This document shows, piece by piece, positions 29,845 to 39,484 of a stretch of DNA of 64,000 nucleotides. Each line of letters begins with the position of its first letter. Positions within the stretch are counted from its first letter, which is position 1. Position numbers and translations under genes: made by a program. Under the pieces are notes generated by a model, which did not search any database, had not been told where the DNA came from, and was given only the letters and a program-made list of their open reading frames with translations. Source of the DNA: Oligoflexales bacterium. Lineage in GTDB: Bacteria > Bdellovibrionota_B > Oligoflexia > Oligoflexales > CAIYRB01. The stretch is taken from positions 1 through 64,000 of the forward strand of contig JBGSUI010000193.1 in the NCBI GenBank assembly GCA_041736175.1, written 5' to 3'.

Positions 29845-30243
29845 TTACCTGGATTTCCCTGAATCAAGGCTTGCCGAAGACTGGACCATCTCTGGGACCC
29901 AACGAAGCCTGATCTTAACAAAATCGTATTCTTTATCGGCCTTGTTTTGATTCAAAAAACTACCCATAGGCGCCTTGCGGTTACCACCGATGTCAGCAGC
30001 ATCAAAGTCAAGTTTAGTTGCATCGCGAGATTTTATGGTTTTTTCCCGAGAAAGATGTTTTTCTCGCACAACACCCGACCGCGCTTTAGATTTAGCAGCG
30101 CCTTGGCCGTAAGCTGTTGAATCTAAGTGTAAAAAGGACAAGAGAAGAGCCCCAGCAGTCACAAAGATCATCAACACGTTTTGTCGGCATTTTTGAGAAT
30201 ACATGATTGTTAGCATAAATACCCCCGTATGATGTAAAGACAC
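29845..30243 (-). CDS. CglF/GltF-like small secreted protein
   Basis: C-terminal TKLDFDAADIGGNRKAPMGSFL...FVKIRLRWVPEMVQS resembles the myxobacterial CglF motif (idF.d..i.G...kP.g.y.....lik.R.nf.pe...S). Start uncertain. Confidence 0.6.
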   Translation of the reverse strand: MSLHHTGVFMLTIMYSQKCRQNVLMIFVTAGALLLSFLHLDSTAYGQGAAKSKARSGVVREKHLSREKTIKSRDATKLDFDAADIGGNRKAPMGSFLNQNKADKEYDFVKIRLRWVPEMVQSSASLDSGKSR

Positions 30244-30251
30244 CCCTATAA

Positions 30252-30279
30252 GTATCGGTCAAACAACTTGAAAACTTAA
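30252..30279 (-). promoter_or_regulatory. FliA/sigma28-like promoter
   Basis: Minus strand TTAAGTTT-N12-ACCGATAC upstream of the CglF-like gene. Confidence 0.5.
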
Positions 30280-30381
30280 ACGATTTTTAGCTAGTAAACT
30301 AAGTATTTTGATATGACTCCATTAGACCGGGTATAATCATATCAGGCTTCGAATTAAAAACTACTTACTGTTTGAATACTT

Positions 30382-31380
30382 ATGAACACTAAAATCTCAA
30401 TCATTTTCCACATCCTCCTAGCTTTTGCGGGCCCCGCTCAAGCCGTCGCACTCAAGCCCCATAGCGCGCCCTTTATTCGGGCTAACCAACAAATAAATCA
30501 AATGAAGTTAAGTCCCAAAGGTCGCTATCTTGCCTATACGGACGATACCGGCCTCGGGCTTAACGTCCTTGACCTTAACACAAAAGATATCTACCGGGTC
30601 ACCGAAGCCAAAGTAGGACTGTCTTTTTTTTGGACCCCAGATGGTTTTCGGCTCTTTTACCGGGAGTTGGTAAGACCGCCCCTCAAGCCGGCCCACAGCG
30701 ACCAGGAGAGGGAGCTGGCTGATTTGGACCGGGATGCTCCGATCGAAAGCAAGATCAAAGCCTTTGACTGTTCCGTGGCCCGTAATATTGAAATCGACAA
30801 AATTGCCCGCTCTTCGGGATACCTTACCTTTGACCCTCGCGACCTGAGATTTTTGTTGATGTCCGAATCGGGGATTCACACCAAAAAGATCTATATTCCC
30901 AACCAACGCCTAGCCCTCTGGCAAATAGCCGGTCGCCACGAACGAGGTAAGTGGTTGGCAACCCAGAAGGGGATCCTATGGGTCACCCAAGGGGGGCTTT
31001 CCCTGCGGCGGATGGAAGATGACCAAACAGAACTAGAGTCTTTTGATATTTCTCCTGATGGCCAATGGATCGCCTGGGGAACCAAAGGCAACAAAATCTA
31101 TGCCTCACGAGAAGGAAAAAAACCCGAATTTATCGATTATGGCCGAGAACCACGGTGGCACCCTACCCGTCACATCATCGTCTTTGCGGGAGCCCGTATG
31201 GTCGGCAATAAACCAGTTAATTTTGATCTCAAGATCGCTGACTCCAAGGGGCAGTCTAAATTTTTGACATCAACACAATACTCCAGCGAGAGGTCTCCCC
31301 AATGGCATAAAGGTGGCGACAAACTCCTCTATACGGTAGAAAATACCACAGACCTGTATCTTATGGATTTTAGACCATGA
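30382..31380 (+). CDS. TolB-like (PD40) beta-propeller secreted protein
   Basis: Signal peptide; LSPKGRYLAY, WTPDGFRLFY, ISPDGQWIAW, PRWHP, PQWHKGGDKLLY repeats. Confidence 0.8.
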   Translation: MNTKISIIFHILLAFAGPAQAVALKPHSAPFIRANQQINQMKLSPKGRYLAYTDDTGLGLNVLDLNTKDIYRVTEAKVGLSFFWTPDGFRLFYRELVRPPLKPAHSDQERELADLDRDAPIESKIKAFDCSVARNIEIDKIARSSGYLTFDPRDLRFLLMSESGIHTKKIYIPNQRLALWQIAGRHERGKWLATQKGILWVTQGGLSLRRMEDDQTELESFDISPDGQWIAWGTKGNKIYASREGKKPEFIDYGREPRWHPTRHIIVFAGARMVGNKPVNFDLKIADSKGQSKFLTSTQYSSERSPQWHKGGDKLLYTVENTTDLYLMDFRP

Positions 31381-32327
31381 GTGCCCTACTCAAAGGCGCT
31401 GCTACGATCGCCCTCCTCAGTGGCGAAATCTCCATCAGTAAGCGGATCGATATCCTTACGCCCTACTTCGAACCCAGACCCGGGCAAACTATCGAAGTTG
31501 ACGCCGCTGATCTCCGGGATTATGGCAAAGGCAAAACTAATCCACTCAATCTAAGAGGGTTTATTAAAGTCTCACCACCCAAAAACACCTGTTTTACGGT
31601 AACCAGAAACCTGGATGAACGAGATGATAAAATATGTAAACCTAAGATTTTAAGTTTCACTCTCAGAGATCTTCAAAAAAATGGCAACATCGTCTGGACC
31701 ATCAAAACCAGTCCCCAAGATTTCGGTACCGAACTGGTTTGGAAGACTCCCTACCGGATGGCAGTGGTTGTTCCCGACATCAAACCCCACAAACACACGG
31801 TCGACTATAAGCTCATTGCCTCTTGTAAAGCCCAACGGGAAGGGCCCCTCGGACGAAAAATCACCCTGGATTTTTTTGATGGCGATACCTGGATCATCGA
31901 CTTCCCCGAGAATGATGAGCTCCTGCCACAGCCCGAGGCGATTCCTAATCTTTATATGGCTATCGCTAACTCAAAAGCAGGCGTCCCCAATAAAAAAAAG
32001 GCCGATGACGCAGGGACTGCTACCGAATCCTCCACCAACACCAGCACGGCAACCGGCACCCAAGTGGTGACGACCAAAGCCGAAGGTGAGGCTCTCGACC
32101 AAATGGACGATCGGGCGATTTGGGGGATTCCGGCGCGCAATAGCTACCGAATGGATGGCTACCGGTTTATGCCTTTTGGGACGACCACCAAGTGGTTTAA
32201 GGGGCAGTGCCGCTATACCTACCGCGGATCCGATGATGACCCCGACACGGGGCGTATCGAGTGCCATGATGTGGATGGCTTTGACGAAGTCAATATGCCG
32301 CTGATCTGCCTTAAAGATCTAAGATAA
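31377..32327 (+). CDS. Hypothetical protein (Cys-containing, probably exported)
   Basis: 316-aa ORF translationally coupled (ATGA) to the upstream gene. Confidence 0.7.
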   Translation: MSALLKGAATIALLSGEISISKRIDILTPYFEPRPGQTIEVDAADLRDYGKGKTNPLNLRGFIKVSPPKNTCFTVTRNLDERDDKICKPKILSFTLRDLQKNGNIVWTIKTSPQDFGTELVWKTPYRMAVVVPDIKPHKHTVDYKLIASCKAQREGPLGRKITLDFFDGDTWIIDFPENDELLPQPEAIPNLYMAIANSKAGVPNKKKADDAGTATESSTNTSTATGTQVVTTKAEGEALDQMDDRAIWGIPARNSYRMDGYRFMPFGTTTKWFKGQCRYTYRGSDDDPDTGRIECHDVDGFDEVNMPLICLKDLR

Positions 32328-32473
32328 TCGGCTAACAACTCAAAATCATGAATATTTTTAGTTTCTCGTCATGCTAACCCCAACTCATGCCGATGCTAAA
32401 CCAGACAGGGCGTTGGCATAGAGACAATTTAAACTTATGCCAATCATCATAAACCAGCTGTTTTTGGTTAATC

Positions 32474-33694
32474 ATGAAGGCATACAAGAAACCACATCAT
32501 AGGATCAGAGCAAGTATCTCAGCTGAGATCTTATGTTTAATCTTGTTTAGCATTTTATGTCCGAACATTGGTCAATCCCAGACTTCCACCGCACCAGAAG
32601 AGACCGACACCCCTGACCAACGAGTCAAAAACGTACTCGATGATCACCTTATACCCTCGGCACGGGGAGCCGCTCTTTCCGGTGCGTTAGTAACATCCGC
32701 AGACGACTTGGATGCGGCTGTCTACAATCCTGCAGGGATTGGGGGGCTCAATTGGGGCAAACAAAAGACACCCTGGATCCGCAAGCTTTATTTCCCGTGG
32801 ATAGGAGGTTCGGCAAACCAAAACTCCACCACACTTTCCAAAGAGTTTAGCTCCGCGGGAGGGGACGGCGACCGAGCCGTCGGTAAGTCAGTCTTAGCTG
32901 CTCATGCTGGAAAACGCCAGTATGCCCGAGCAAACGCCCTCTTTGGACTGGTTTTTGGCAGAACTCTGCTGATACCAATCAATGACACCCAGGTGGCCGC
33001 TACATCCCAAACCCAAGAAGGTTTGATCGATGGCCACTACCGCGGGATGACTGGTTTTGCCGGTGGTTTTAGTGCACAGACGACCGACGGATCCCTCTCT
33101 GTGGGTTACTTGGGTTATAGCGTCAATCGAACCGACGTCGAAGGCACCTTTAACTACGACGATATGCTGGACTCTTCAGCTCGCAGCCAAGCACTTAGTG
33201 CTGCTCGGGTCAAGTCCCAGGGGTCAGGGCACCATGGGGGCATGATCTGGAAGCTTGGCAAAACCTGGTCGCCCACCCTGGGGATTGCCCTACGAGATAT
33301 TGGCGGGACGACCTTTGCGTCCAAAACAGAGGGTGCCCCCAACCAAAAGCTCCCCCAAGACGCATCCCTCGGGATCTCCTTTGGGCCCAGTTTTAAAAGC
33401 AGCGGGGGAGTGATGTTGACGCTGCAAGGCGATCGATTGTTCGATCCCGAGGTTTCCCTCTCAAAAAAATACCGGGTCGGTCTTGAGCTCTCCCTCGGGG
33501 GAGCAGGCTCCTATAGCACCTTTGCCCTCAGGGCTGGTGCCACCCAAGCGGGACCTTCTGGCGGTTTGGCTCTCAATCTTGGACTGATCGGATTTAATGT
33601 AGGGGCCCACTCTGTGGATATCGGAGCTGTGAACCAGCGGGTGATCGAAACCCGGGCCGTCGCAGATGTCTATGTGAATGTGGCTGAATTCTGA
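32474..33694 (+). CDS. Outer-membrane beta-barrel protein (TraF/PorV/FadL-like N-terminal motif)
   Basis: SARGAALSGA..ADDLDAAVYNPAG motif, amphipathic beta strands, C-terminal Phe. Confidence 0.65.
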   Translation: MKAYKKPHHRIRASISAEILCLILFSILCPNIGQSQTSTAPEETDTPDQRVKNVLDDHLIPSARGAALSGALVTSADDLDAAVYNPAGIGGLNWGKQKTPWIRKLYFPWIGGSANQNSTTLSKEFSSAGGDGDRAVGKSVLAAHAGKRQYARANALFGLVFGRTLLIPINDTQVAATSQTQEGLIDGHYRGMTGFAGGFSAQTTDGSLSVGYLGYSVNRTDVEGTFNYDDMLDSSARSQALSAARVKSQGSGHHGGMIWKLGKTWSPTLGIALRDIGGTTFASKTEGAPNQKLPQDASLGISFGPSFKSSGGVMLTLQGDRLFDPEVSLSKKYRVGLELSLGGAGSYSTFALRAGATQAGPSGGLALNLGLIGFNVGAHSVDIGAVNQRVIETRAVADVYVNVAEF

Positions 33695-33799
33695 TCGACA
33701 AGATCACATCTCCGGAATACGTTGGCCCGTGACAGCAAAACTTTGGTAGACTGATCTGAGTCGCCAGCCATCTGCACCCAGCATTGACGATGGTGTCCT

Positions 33800-34459
33800 A
33801 TGCTAAGCGTAAACAAAGTCAGTTTTGGGTTTCCCCATCGACCAATCTTACGAGATTTTAGTCTGACCGTCCAAAAGGGAGAGCTGGTCCATATCTCCGG
33901 GCCCAATGGCGCCGGGAAATCCACCTTGATGTCGCTTATTGCAGGATTGATTCCGGTCGATCGGGGGTCCATCACCTATACCGACCCTGCTGGCCAAGAA
34001 GTGGATGATCGGCGCTGGTGGATCGAATACGTGCCCGCCGAAGCTAATGGCTTGTTTCCTAAGATGAATGCTCTCCAAAATCTTAGCTTTTGGGCCAAAC
34101 TAAGGGGGCACAGCCAATCCCCCAAGGATCTAGAAAAGTCCCTGGTCGCCGAACTCAAATTTTGGGGTCTTAGCCACCCTCTCTTACTAGGTCCATTTCC
34201 CGTCGAAAAATACTCCACCGGGATGAAACGACGTTTAGCCCTGGCCCGGCTCACACTCTCCCAGACACCCTGCTGGCTCCTGGATGAGCCCGTCTATGGC
34301 CTCGATGCTGCGGCGACGGAAACCTTTCGAAACATCCTCGACCAGCATCTCAAAGGAGGCGGCCTCGCGGTGATGATCAGCCACGACCTTGCCGCTTTAA
34401 AAGATCTTTCCTACCGTAAAATGGTCCTTAACGGCGATCATGGGGAGACCCCTCCTTGA
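33800..34459 (+). CDS. ccmA: Heme exporter ATPase
   Basis: GPNGAGKSTL, YSTGMKRRLALARL, WLLDEP; first gene of the ccm cluster. Confidence 0.9.
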   Translation: MLSVNKVSFGFPHRPILRDFSLTVQKGELVHISGPNGAGKSTLMSLIAGLIPVDRGSITYTDPAGQEVDDRRWWIEYVPAEANGLFPKMNALQNLSFWAKLRGHSQSPKDLEKSLVAELKFWGLSHPLLLGPFPVEKYSTGMKRRLALARLTLSQTPCWLLDEPVYGLDAAATETFRNILDQHLKGGGLAVMISHDLAALKDLSYRKMVLNGDHGETPP

Positions 34460-35169
34460 ACTCAACGACGACACCTTGGACTTTGTTTTGGAAGCAATAC
34501 CGGATTTTCCTGCACCATGGTCTCAAGGCTGAGCTTGCGGACTTAGAGCGGATCATTTCGCCGGTCCTCTTTTCTGTGACGATGCTTCTGGTCTTTTCTT
34601 TTGCCCTAGGGGATGTGGATCCAAGCATGAAAGCTAAGGTCTACCTAGCCCAAACCTTTGTCACCGCCCTCTTAGCCCTCCAGCTCAGCTTCTCACGCAT
34701 CTTCGAACCCGATCGCCTTGACCGTGTGTTTGACCAAATCAGAACCTACCCGATCAGCCCCACCGCTTGGTTTAGTGCCAAATACAGCCTTGTGGTCCTC
34801 CTCGGCAGCAGCACCCTGTTGCCCACGATTTTTTTTGGGGCTTTCCTCCATCAAACCGAAAAACAGCCTCTCTTCTCATGGAGTATCGTCCTTGTGGGCA
34901 TGTTGGGACTGGCTGGTCTGGCCGCCATGGGGGTCCTCCTGGCGACGATGACCTTAAAAGCTAACAGCCGCCAGCTCCTCTATCCCATTCTTTACTTTCC
35001 CTTGACCACGCCCGTGCTTTTGGCTGCTGTCAACGCTTCCGACCTGATTCTCCAAGAGGGTGCCATTAACGACCACAGTGCACCTTGGCTTTGGCTTTTG
35101 ATCGGGTTTGATGTGATCTATACCACTTTAGGTGTCTTGCTTTATCCTGAACTCGTGGAAGAAGGTTAA
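34456..35169 (+). CDS. ccmB: Heme exporter permease
   Basis: Six TM segments; LLYPILYFPLTTPVLLAAV. Confidence 0.88.
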   Translation: MNSTTTPWTLFWKQYRIFLHHGLKAELADLERIISPVLFSVTMLLVFSFALGDVDPSMKAKVYLAQTFVTALLALQLSFSRIFEPDRLDRVFDQIRTYPISPTAWFSAKYSLVVLLGSSTLLPTIFFGAFLHQTEKQPLFSWSIVLVGMLGLAGLAAMGVLLATMTLKANSRQLLYPILYFPLTTPVLLAAVNASDLILQEGAINDHSAPWLWLLIGFDVIYTTLGVLLYPELVEEG

Positions 35170-35307
35170 GAACCCAAAACTATCAAGACTATAAAGATGC
35201 CACTGGAGGAACTCTAGGCAATTCGCTAAAGTGATAAGGTGACAAGCTCTAAATTTGCAAGCAATCCTCAAACTTTTCACACACCCCAGCATTAGGACCA
35301 TCAGTCT

Positions 35308-36000
35308 ATGAGCCAGACTAAAGATTCAAGCGCCATCCTCTCAGGGCTTTTTTTCCTCTCGACGATGGCAGCTACCTGGTGCCTGGCTTTTTGGTATGCT
35401 CCAGTCGATGCCAATCAAGGAGAAGTTTACCGCATCATGTTTCTCCATGTGCCTAGCGCCTTTGCAGCTTTCTCCGCTTCTCTTGTAATCTTTCTGATTA
35501 GCCTCATCGGGTTTAAGTCCCGCAGCGAAGAGTCGCTCCTTTGGGCTCGGGCCACTGCCGAGGTCGGTCTGACGTTTACCATCCTAACCCTAGCCACGGG
35601 CTCCATCTGGGGCAAACCCACCTGGGGGACCTGGTGGACCTGGGATGCACGGCTCACCACGACGTTTCTCCTTGCCCTTCTCTATGCTGGCTATCTCCTG
35701 CTCTACCAATCCATGGCGCCAGGCCCGGCCAGGGTCAAGGTTTGTGGCGCCCTCGGGATCCTCATCTTTATCGACGTCCCGATTATTTATAAAAGTGTGA
35801 CTTGGTGGCGGACTCTTCACCAACCTCCTAGCATGCTCCGGGACGGCGGCTCGACCATGGATCCAGATATCCTCCGGACCTTGCTTTTATCGATCGTCGC
35901 AATGATCGGCGTCGGGGCCTGGCTCGTCTCCCAAAGAGGTCGTAATTTAAAGATAAGATACGAATTGGAAACCCAGTCAATGGCCCAAATTGGGACCTGA
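35308..36000 (+). CDS. ccmC: Cytochrome c biogenesis protein CcmC
   Basis: RIMFLHVP, WGKPTWGTWWTWDARLT (WWD motif), WWRTLHQ. Confidence 0.95.
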   Translation: MSQTKDSSAILSGLFFLSTMAATWCLAFWYAPVDANQGEVYRIMFLHVPSAFAAFSASLVIFLISLIGFKSRSEESLLWARATAEVGLTFTILTLATGSIWGKPTWGTWWTWDARLTTTFLLALLYAGYLLLYQSMAPGPARVKVCGALGILIFIDVPIIYKSVTWWRTLHQPPSMLRDGGSTMDPDILRTLLLSIVAMIGVGAWLVSQRGRNLKIRYELETQSMAQIGT

Positions 36001-36027
36001 TGTGATTTAAAATGAAGGAACCTCCCT

Positions 36028-36225
36028 ATGGATCAAACCATCAGCCCGAACACCAGCCCAACCACTAGCCAGCCTCCGACTTATGGCCCCAATACCGATC
36101 CGACCCCCTATATCGCGGGTGCCTATGTTTTCGGGCTATTTTTGATTTTGGGGTTTGCGGGATTCATCCTGATAGAACGCCGTCATCTCCGTGGGTTAAT
36201 GGCGGCGCTTAAGAAATCCTCATAA
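36028..36225 (+). CDS. ccmD: Probable CcmD
   Basis: Small single-TM protein (YIAGAYVFG...) with basic tail, between ccmC and ccmE; AAGGA RBS. Confidence 0.65.
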   Translation: MDQTISPNTSPTTSQPPTYGPNTDPTPYIAGAYVFGLFLILGFAGFILIERRHLRGLMAALKKSS

Positions 36226-36317
36226 ATTCCGATCTATGGTGGGGGCCATCGGGAGTTAGCCCCCAAGACACAATCAAAAGACCTTTTAAGCAAACCATTG
36301 AACAAAGGGAGGTTCCC

Positions 36318-36773
36318 ATGGGCCAGAAAAAAAACTCGACAAGATGGATTCTAGGGGCCGTCGTCATCGCTGGGGCCGTCATTGGTATGTCATTTTTGAG
36401 CCTTAACGACAACTTAGTCTACTTTTACACCACAGGAGAAGCTTTTGCTAAAGCTGAGGACCTCTCTAGCCAAAACATCAAAGTCGGTGGGATGGTCAAG
36501 GCTGGATCCGTCCAGTGGAAACCCGAGGAATTATCCCTTAACTTTGTGATGACCGATCTCAAACAGCATGAAATCGCTGTGTCCCATCGGGGCACTCCTC
36601 CTGATATGTTTAAAGAAAATCAGGGTGTTGTGGTGGAAGGCAAAATCGACTCCAGCGGTAAGTCTATGACTTCGAAGCACTTGATGGTAAAACACTCGGA
36701 AGAGTACAAAAAACCAGGTGACCATTCAACCATGGATAAAGCGTTGCTGGAACGGTCGATGTTTAAAGAGTAA
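36318..36773 (+). CDS. ccmE: Heme chaperone CcmE
   Basis: NLVYFYT, PDMFKENQGVVVEG, KHSEEY (HxxxY). Confidence 0.95.
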   Translation: MGQKKNSTRWILGAVVIAGAVIGMSFLSLNDNLVYFYTTGEAFAKAEDLSSQNIKVGGMVKAGSVQWKPEELSLNFVMTDLKQHEIAVSHRGTPPDMFKENQGVVVEGKIDSSGKSMTSKHLMVKHSEEYKKPGDHSTMDKALLERSMFKE

Positions 36774-36782
36774 GGGGGCCCC

Positions 36783-37340
36783 TTGAAGCGTTCTCATGTT
36801 TTTACCAGTGTGGCGATTATTGCCGTAGCATCAGCTTTTATTGGGATTCTTACCTATGGTCTGATGCTCGACCCTAAAAAGGTCCCTCCGGCTAATATCG
36901 GCCAAATTGCCAAGCCCTTTCAAGTCAGCTGGGTCAAGGGGCAGGAATTCCTTCCTCGCGTCCAAGGCGATAGCTTCACTCTCGCAGACCTCCGTGGCAA
37001 GCCTATGATTCTTAACTTTTGGGCGAGCTGGTGTGTGAGCTGCCGCCAAGAGGCCACGGAATTGGAGGCTTTTTGGAAAAAGCACAAAGACGATACCCTT
37101 GTGGTGGGAATCGCCATCCAAGACGATACCGCTGAAGCCAAGAAATTTGCTGATTACTACGGAAAAACCTATATTTTAGGTTTAGACACCGATGGACGAG
37201 CCGCCATCGACTACGGAGTCTCCGGAGTTCCCGAAACCTTTGTGATCGATTCCCAGGGTACGATCGTTCATAAAGAGGTCGGTCCCGTGACAGCAGAAAT
37301 GCTGGATGAGCTGGTCAAAAAAGCCCAAAAAAAGTCCTAA
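36783..37340 (+). CDS. ccmG: CcmG/DsbE-like thiol:disulfide interchange protein
   Basis: LNFWASWCVSC and YGVSGVPETFVID; follows ccmE. Confidence 0.8.
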   Translation: MKRSHVFTSVAIIAVASAFIGILTYGLMLDPKKVPPANIGQIAKPFQVSWVKGQEFLPRVQGDSFTLADLRGKPMILNFWASWCVSCRQEATELEAFWKKHKDDTLVVGIAIQDDTAEAKKFADYYGKTYILGLDTDGRAAIDYGVSGVPETFVIDSQGTIVHKEVGPVTAEMLDELVKKAQKKS

Positions 37341-37357
37341 ATTGATCGGGAATTCCT

Positions 37358-39457
37358 ATGACCCGCACAGCACCCGCCTATGCCTCACCAAATCCAATAA
37401 ACCAGACGCTTTTCCGGCGCACCTTGACGTCCTCTCGATTTAGGTTGATTGCTTCCAAGATCGGACTGGGGATGCTCCTTCTCTTGGTTTTACTCAATAT
37501 TCCCCATTGGCCCCCACCCCGCCTGCTGACTTCTGGGGCTGATAGCAAATCAATCGACCGCACCGTTATGATTCCTATGGACCTTAGGACTGGTCTCCAG
37601 GCCAAAGTCATCATCTCTTACGACGCCGCCGAAGAAATCGCCATAGGAGCCCAGACCACGCGCCCAGACGACATGATCGCCCATGAATACCGCTATCCCT
37701 CGGTGATTGCGATCCCCATTGGCACCCATGCCCGAAAAAACAACTGCATACTCACCATGTCCCTTGGAGGGCTTAAGTCTGATCCCGTAGACTGCCAACA
37801 GATTAAAGACAACGAAGCCCAGCCTTTTACCTTTTCCCAAAAAATCAAGCCAGGGACCTACGACGTCACATTATCCTCCCAGACTGGACTCCTGGATCCC
37901 ACGACCCATCCCCATAACTTTGTCGCCGTTTACCTTTACCGAGGAACCAGCGGCAACGACCAGTGGCTGATCCCATCGAGTGGGTCGACGCGGGTGACGG
38001 TCGGGAGTGCCCTCAATAGCTGGGCCTACAGACAGCCTCTTCGATTTTTCCTCTACTCTCTTTTAATCTTTGCAGTCCTCGGGACGGTGCTGTTTGCCCC
38101 TGAGTGGACTTTTGCATCAGCTTTTGTGGGGGTCTATCTAGGGTTGATCCTGATCTGGAAACCCTACTCGGGATATGACGAAACCGCCCATATCGATATG
38201 CTCCACACCGCTCTAGCGGATCAGCCTGAGGCCAAAAAACTCGACTTTTGGGCCCAAGTACGGGTTGATCTCATCAACTCAAGCTTTCACCGACTTCACA
38301 ACGTCACCCTGAATCCTGGGGAATGTCCCCACCAGATTCTAGCCTCCTGCGGCCATTCCGAGCCTCCCTTGACCCTTTACCGAGCTTACGGAACAGTGCT
38401 TCATAGGCTGTTTCCTCCCGACAAATTCCAATCACCGGTTTTCCTGAGGCACCTGGTTTTAGGAATCCACGGCCTCCAGCTGCTCGCCCTACTAGGGTTT
38501 GTCTTGGCGTTTAAAAACATCGCTCTGATGAACTCCGTTTTTTTTCTGTTGGTCTTTGCGGGCTATATCTCTGCACAGTTCCCTTCGATCACCAATGATT
38601 TCCCCCTGATCATTTATGGCCTCTTCTCTGCTGTCGCCGCTTCAGGAGTGCTGACTGTTGCCCGTTCTAAGCTCGCTGCCACCATCATTTGTCTGCTTTT
38701 AGCAGGTCTTTTTTGGCCCGTCTCCCAGGTCGATCATTCCTCGATCCTGGCTCTATCATTTCTTCCGATCATTCCCCTGCTGTGGATCCTAACTCCCCAG
38801 GGGACCAAAAAACCCCTCGCCTCACCCCTCAGGCCCACCGCGTTGGTTTTGGGGGCCTTGATCCTGATGGTACTTGCGGGGTTTTATAGCGTCCAATACG
38901 GAGTCGTTGGTAACCCCGCGGCCCTCAGTCTATTGACGACCCATTTTTCCCAGACTTTTACAAATCTCACTCATCTGCTGAAGTTTGAAAATCCGATGAT
39001 ATTGGGCGAACATCTTTTAGTTTATGGAAAATCCGTTATCGGGTCCTATGTGTGGGGCCACGACTATCTGTTCACAGTTTCTTATCTGGTTGGCGGTGGC
39101 CTTTTAGTGGCTTTATTTGGCCGCGGAGTCTATTTGTTGGTGATGAATTCTCATCTTAAAAAAATCCGGTGGCTGACTTTTTTAGCTCTTTCTTTAAGCT
39201 TAACCCTGCTCCTATGTGGTATCTTAAGCGCCTTCCTTGTAGGGGTGGGAAGCATCGAAATCATCCGGGATTCCTTTTTGAAACCACGCTTTTCTGCCGC
39301 AGGGCTAGGAGTCCTTCTCTTTCCGATCCTCTGGGGCGCCTATACCCTGATGCCCCAGGAAAAACTGCGCCATAACCTCGGCATAATGACGGCCCTCTGG
39401 AGCCTGTGCCTCCTTGGCTACTATTTCCCTAGGTTTTTTATTTTAGATCTGTATTAA
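37358..39457 (+). CDS. Polytopic membrane protein (possible GT-C glycosyltransferase-like)
   Basis: Periplasmic N-terminal domain, P..GYDE.AH motif, then many TM helices. Confidence 0.6.
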   Translation: MTRTAPAYASPNPINQTLFRRTLTSSRFRLIASKIGLGMLLLLVLLNIPHWPPPRLLTSGADSKSIDRTVMIPMDLRTGLQAKVIISYDAAEEIAIGAQTTRPDDMIAHEYRYPSVIAIPIGTHARKNNCILTMSLGGLKSDPVDCQQIKDNEAQPFTFSQKIKPGTYDVTLSSQTGLLDPTTHPHNFVAVYLYRGTSGNDQWLIPSSGSTRVTVGSALNSWAYRQPLRFFLYSLLIFAVLGTVLFAPEWTFASAFVGVYLGLILIWKPYSGYDETAHIDMLHTALADQPEAKKLDFWAQVRVDLINSSFHRLHNVTLNPGECPHQILASCGHSEPPLTLYRAYGTVLHRLFPPDKFQSPVFLRHLVLGIHGLQLLALLGFVLAFKNIALMNSVFFLLVFAGYISAQFPSITNDFPLIIYGLFSAVAASGVLTVARSKLAATIICLLLAGLFWPVSQVDHSSILALSFLPIIPLLWILTPQGTKKPLASPLRPTALVLGALILMVLAGFYSVQYGVVGNPAALSLLTTHFSQTFTNLTHLLKFENPMILGEHLLVYGKSVIGSYVWGHDYLFTVSYLVGGGLLVALFGRGVYLLVMNSHLKKIRWLTFLALSLSLTLLLCGILSAFLVGVGSIEIIRDSFLKPRFSAAGLGVLLFPILWGAYTLMPQEKLRHNLGIMTALWSLCLLGYYFPRFFILDLY

Positions 39458-39484
39458 GGTTTCATGTTTTATGGAGGCATCCTG

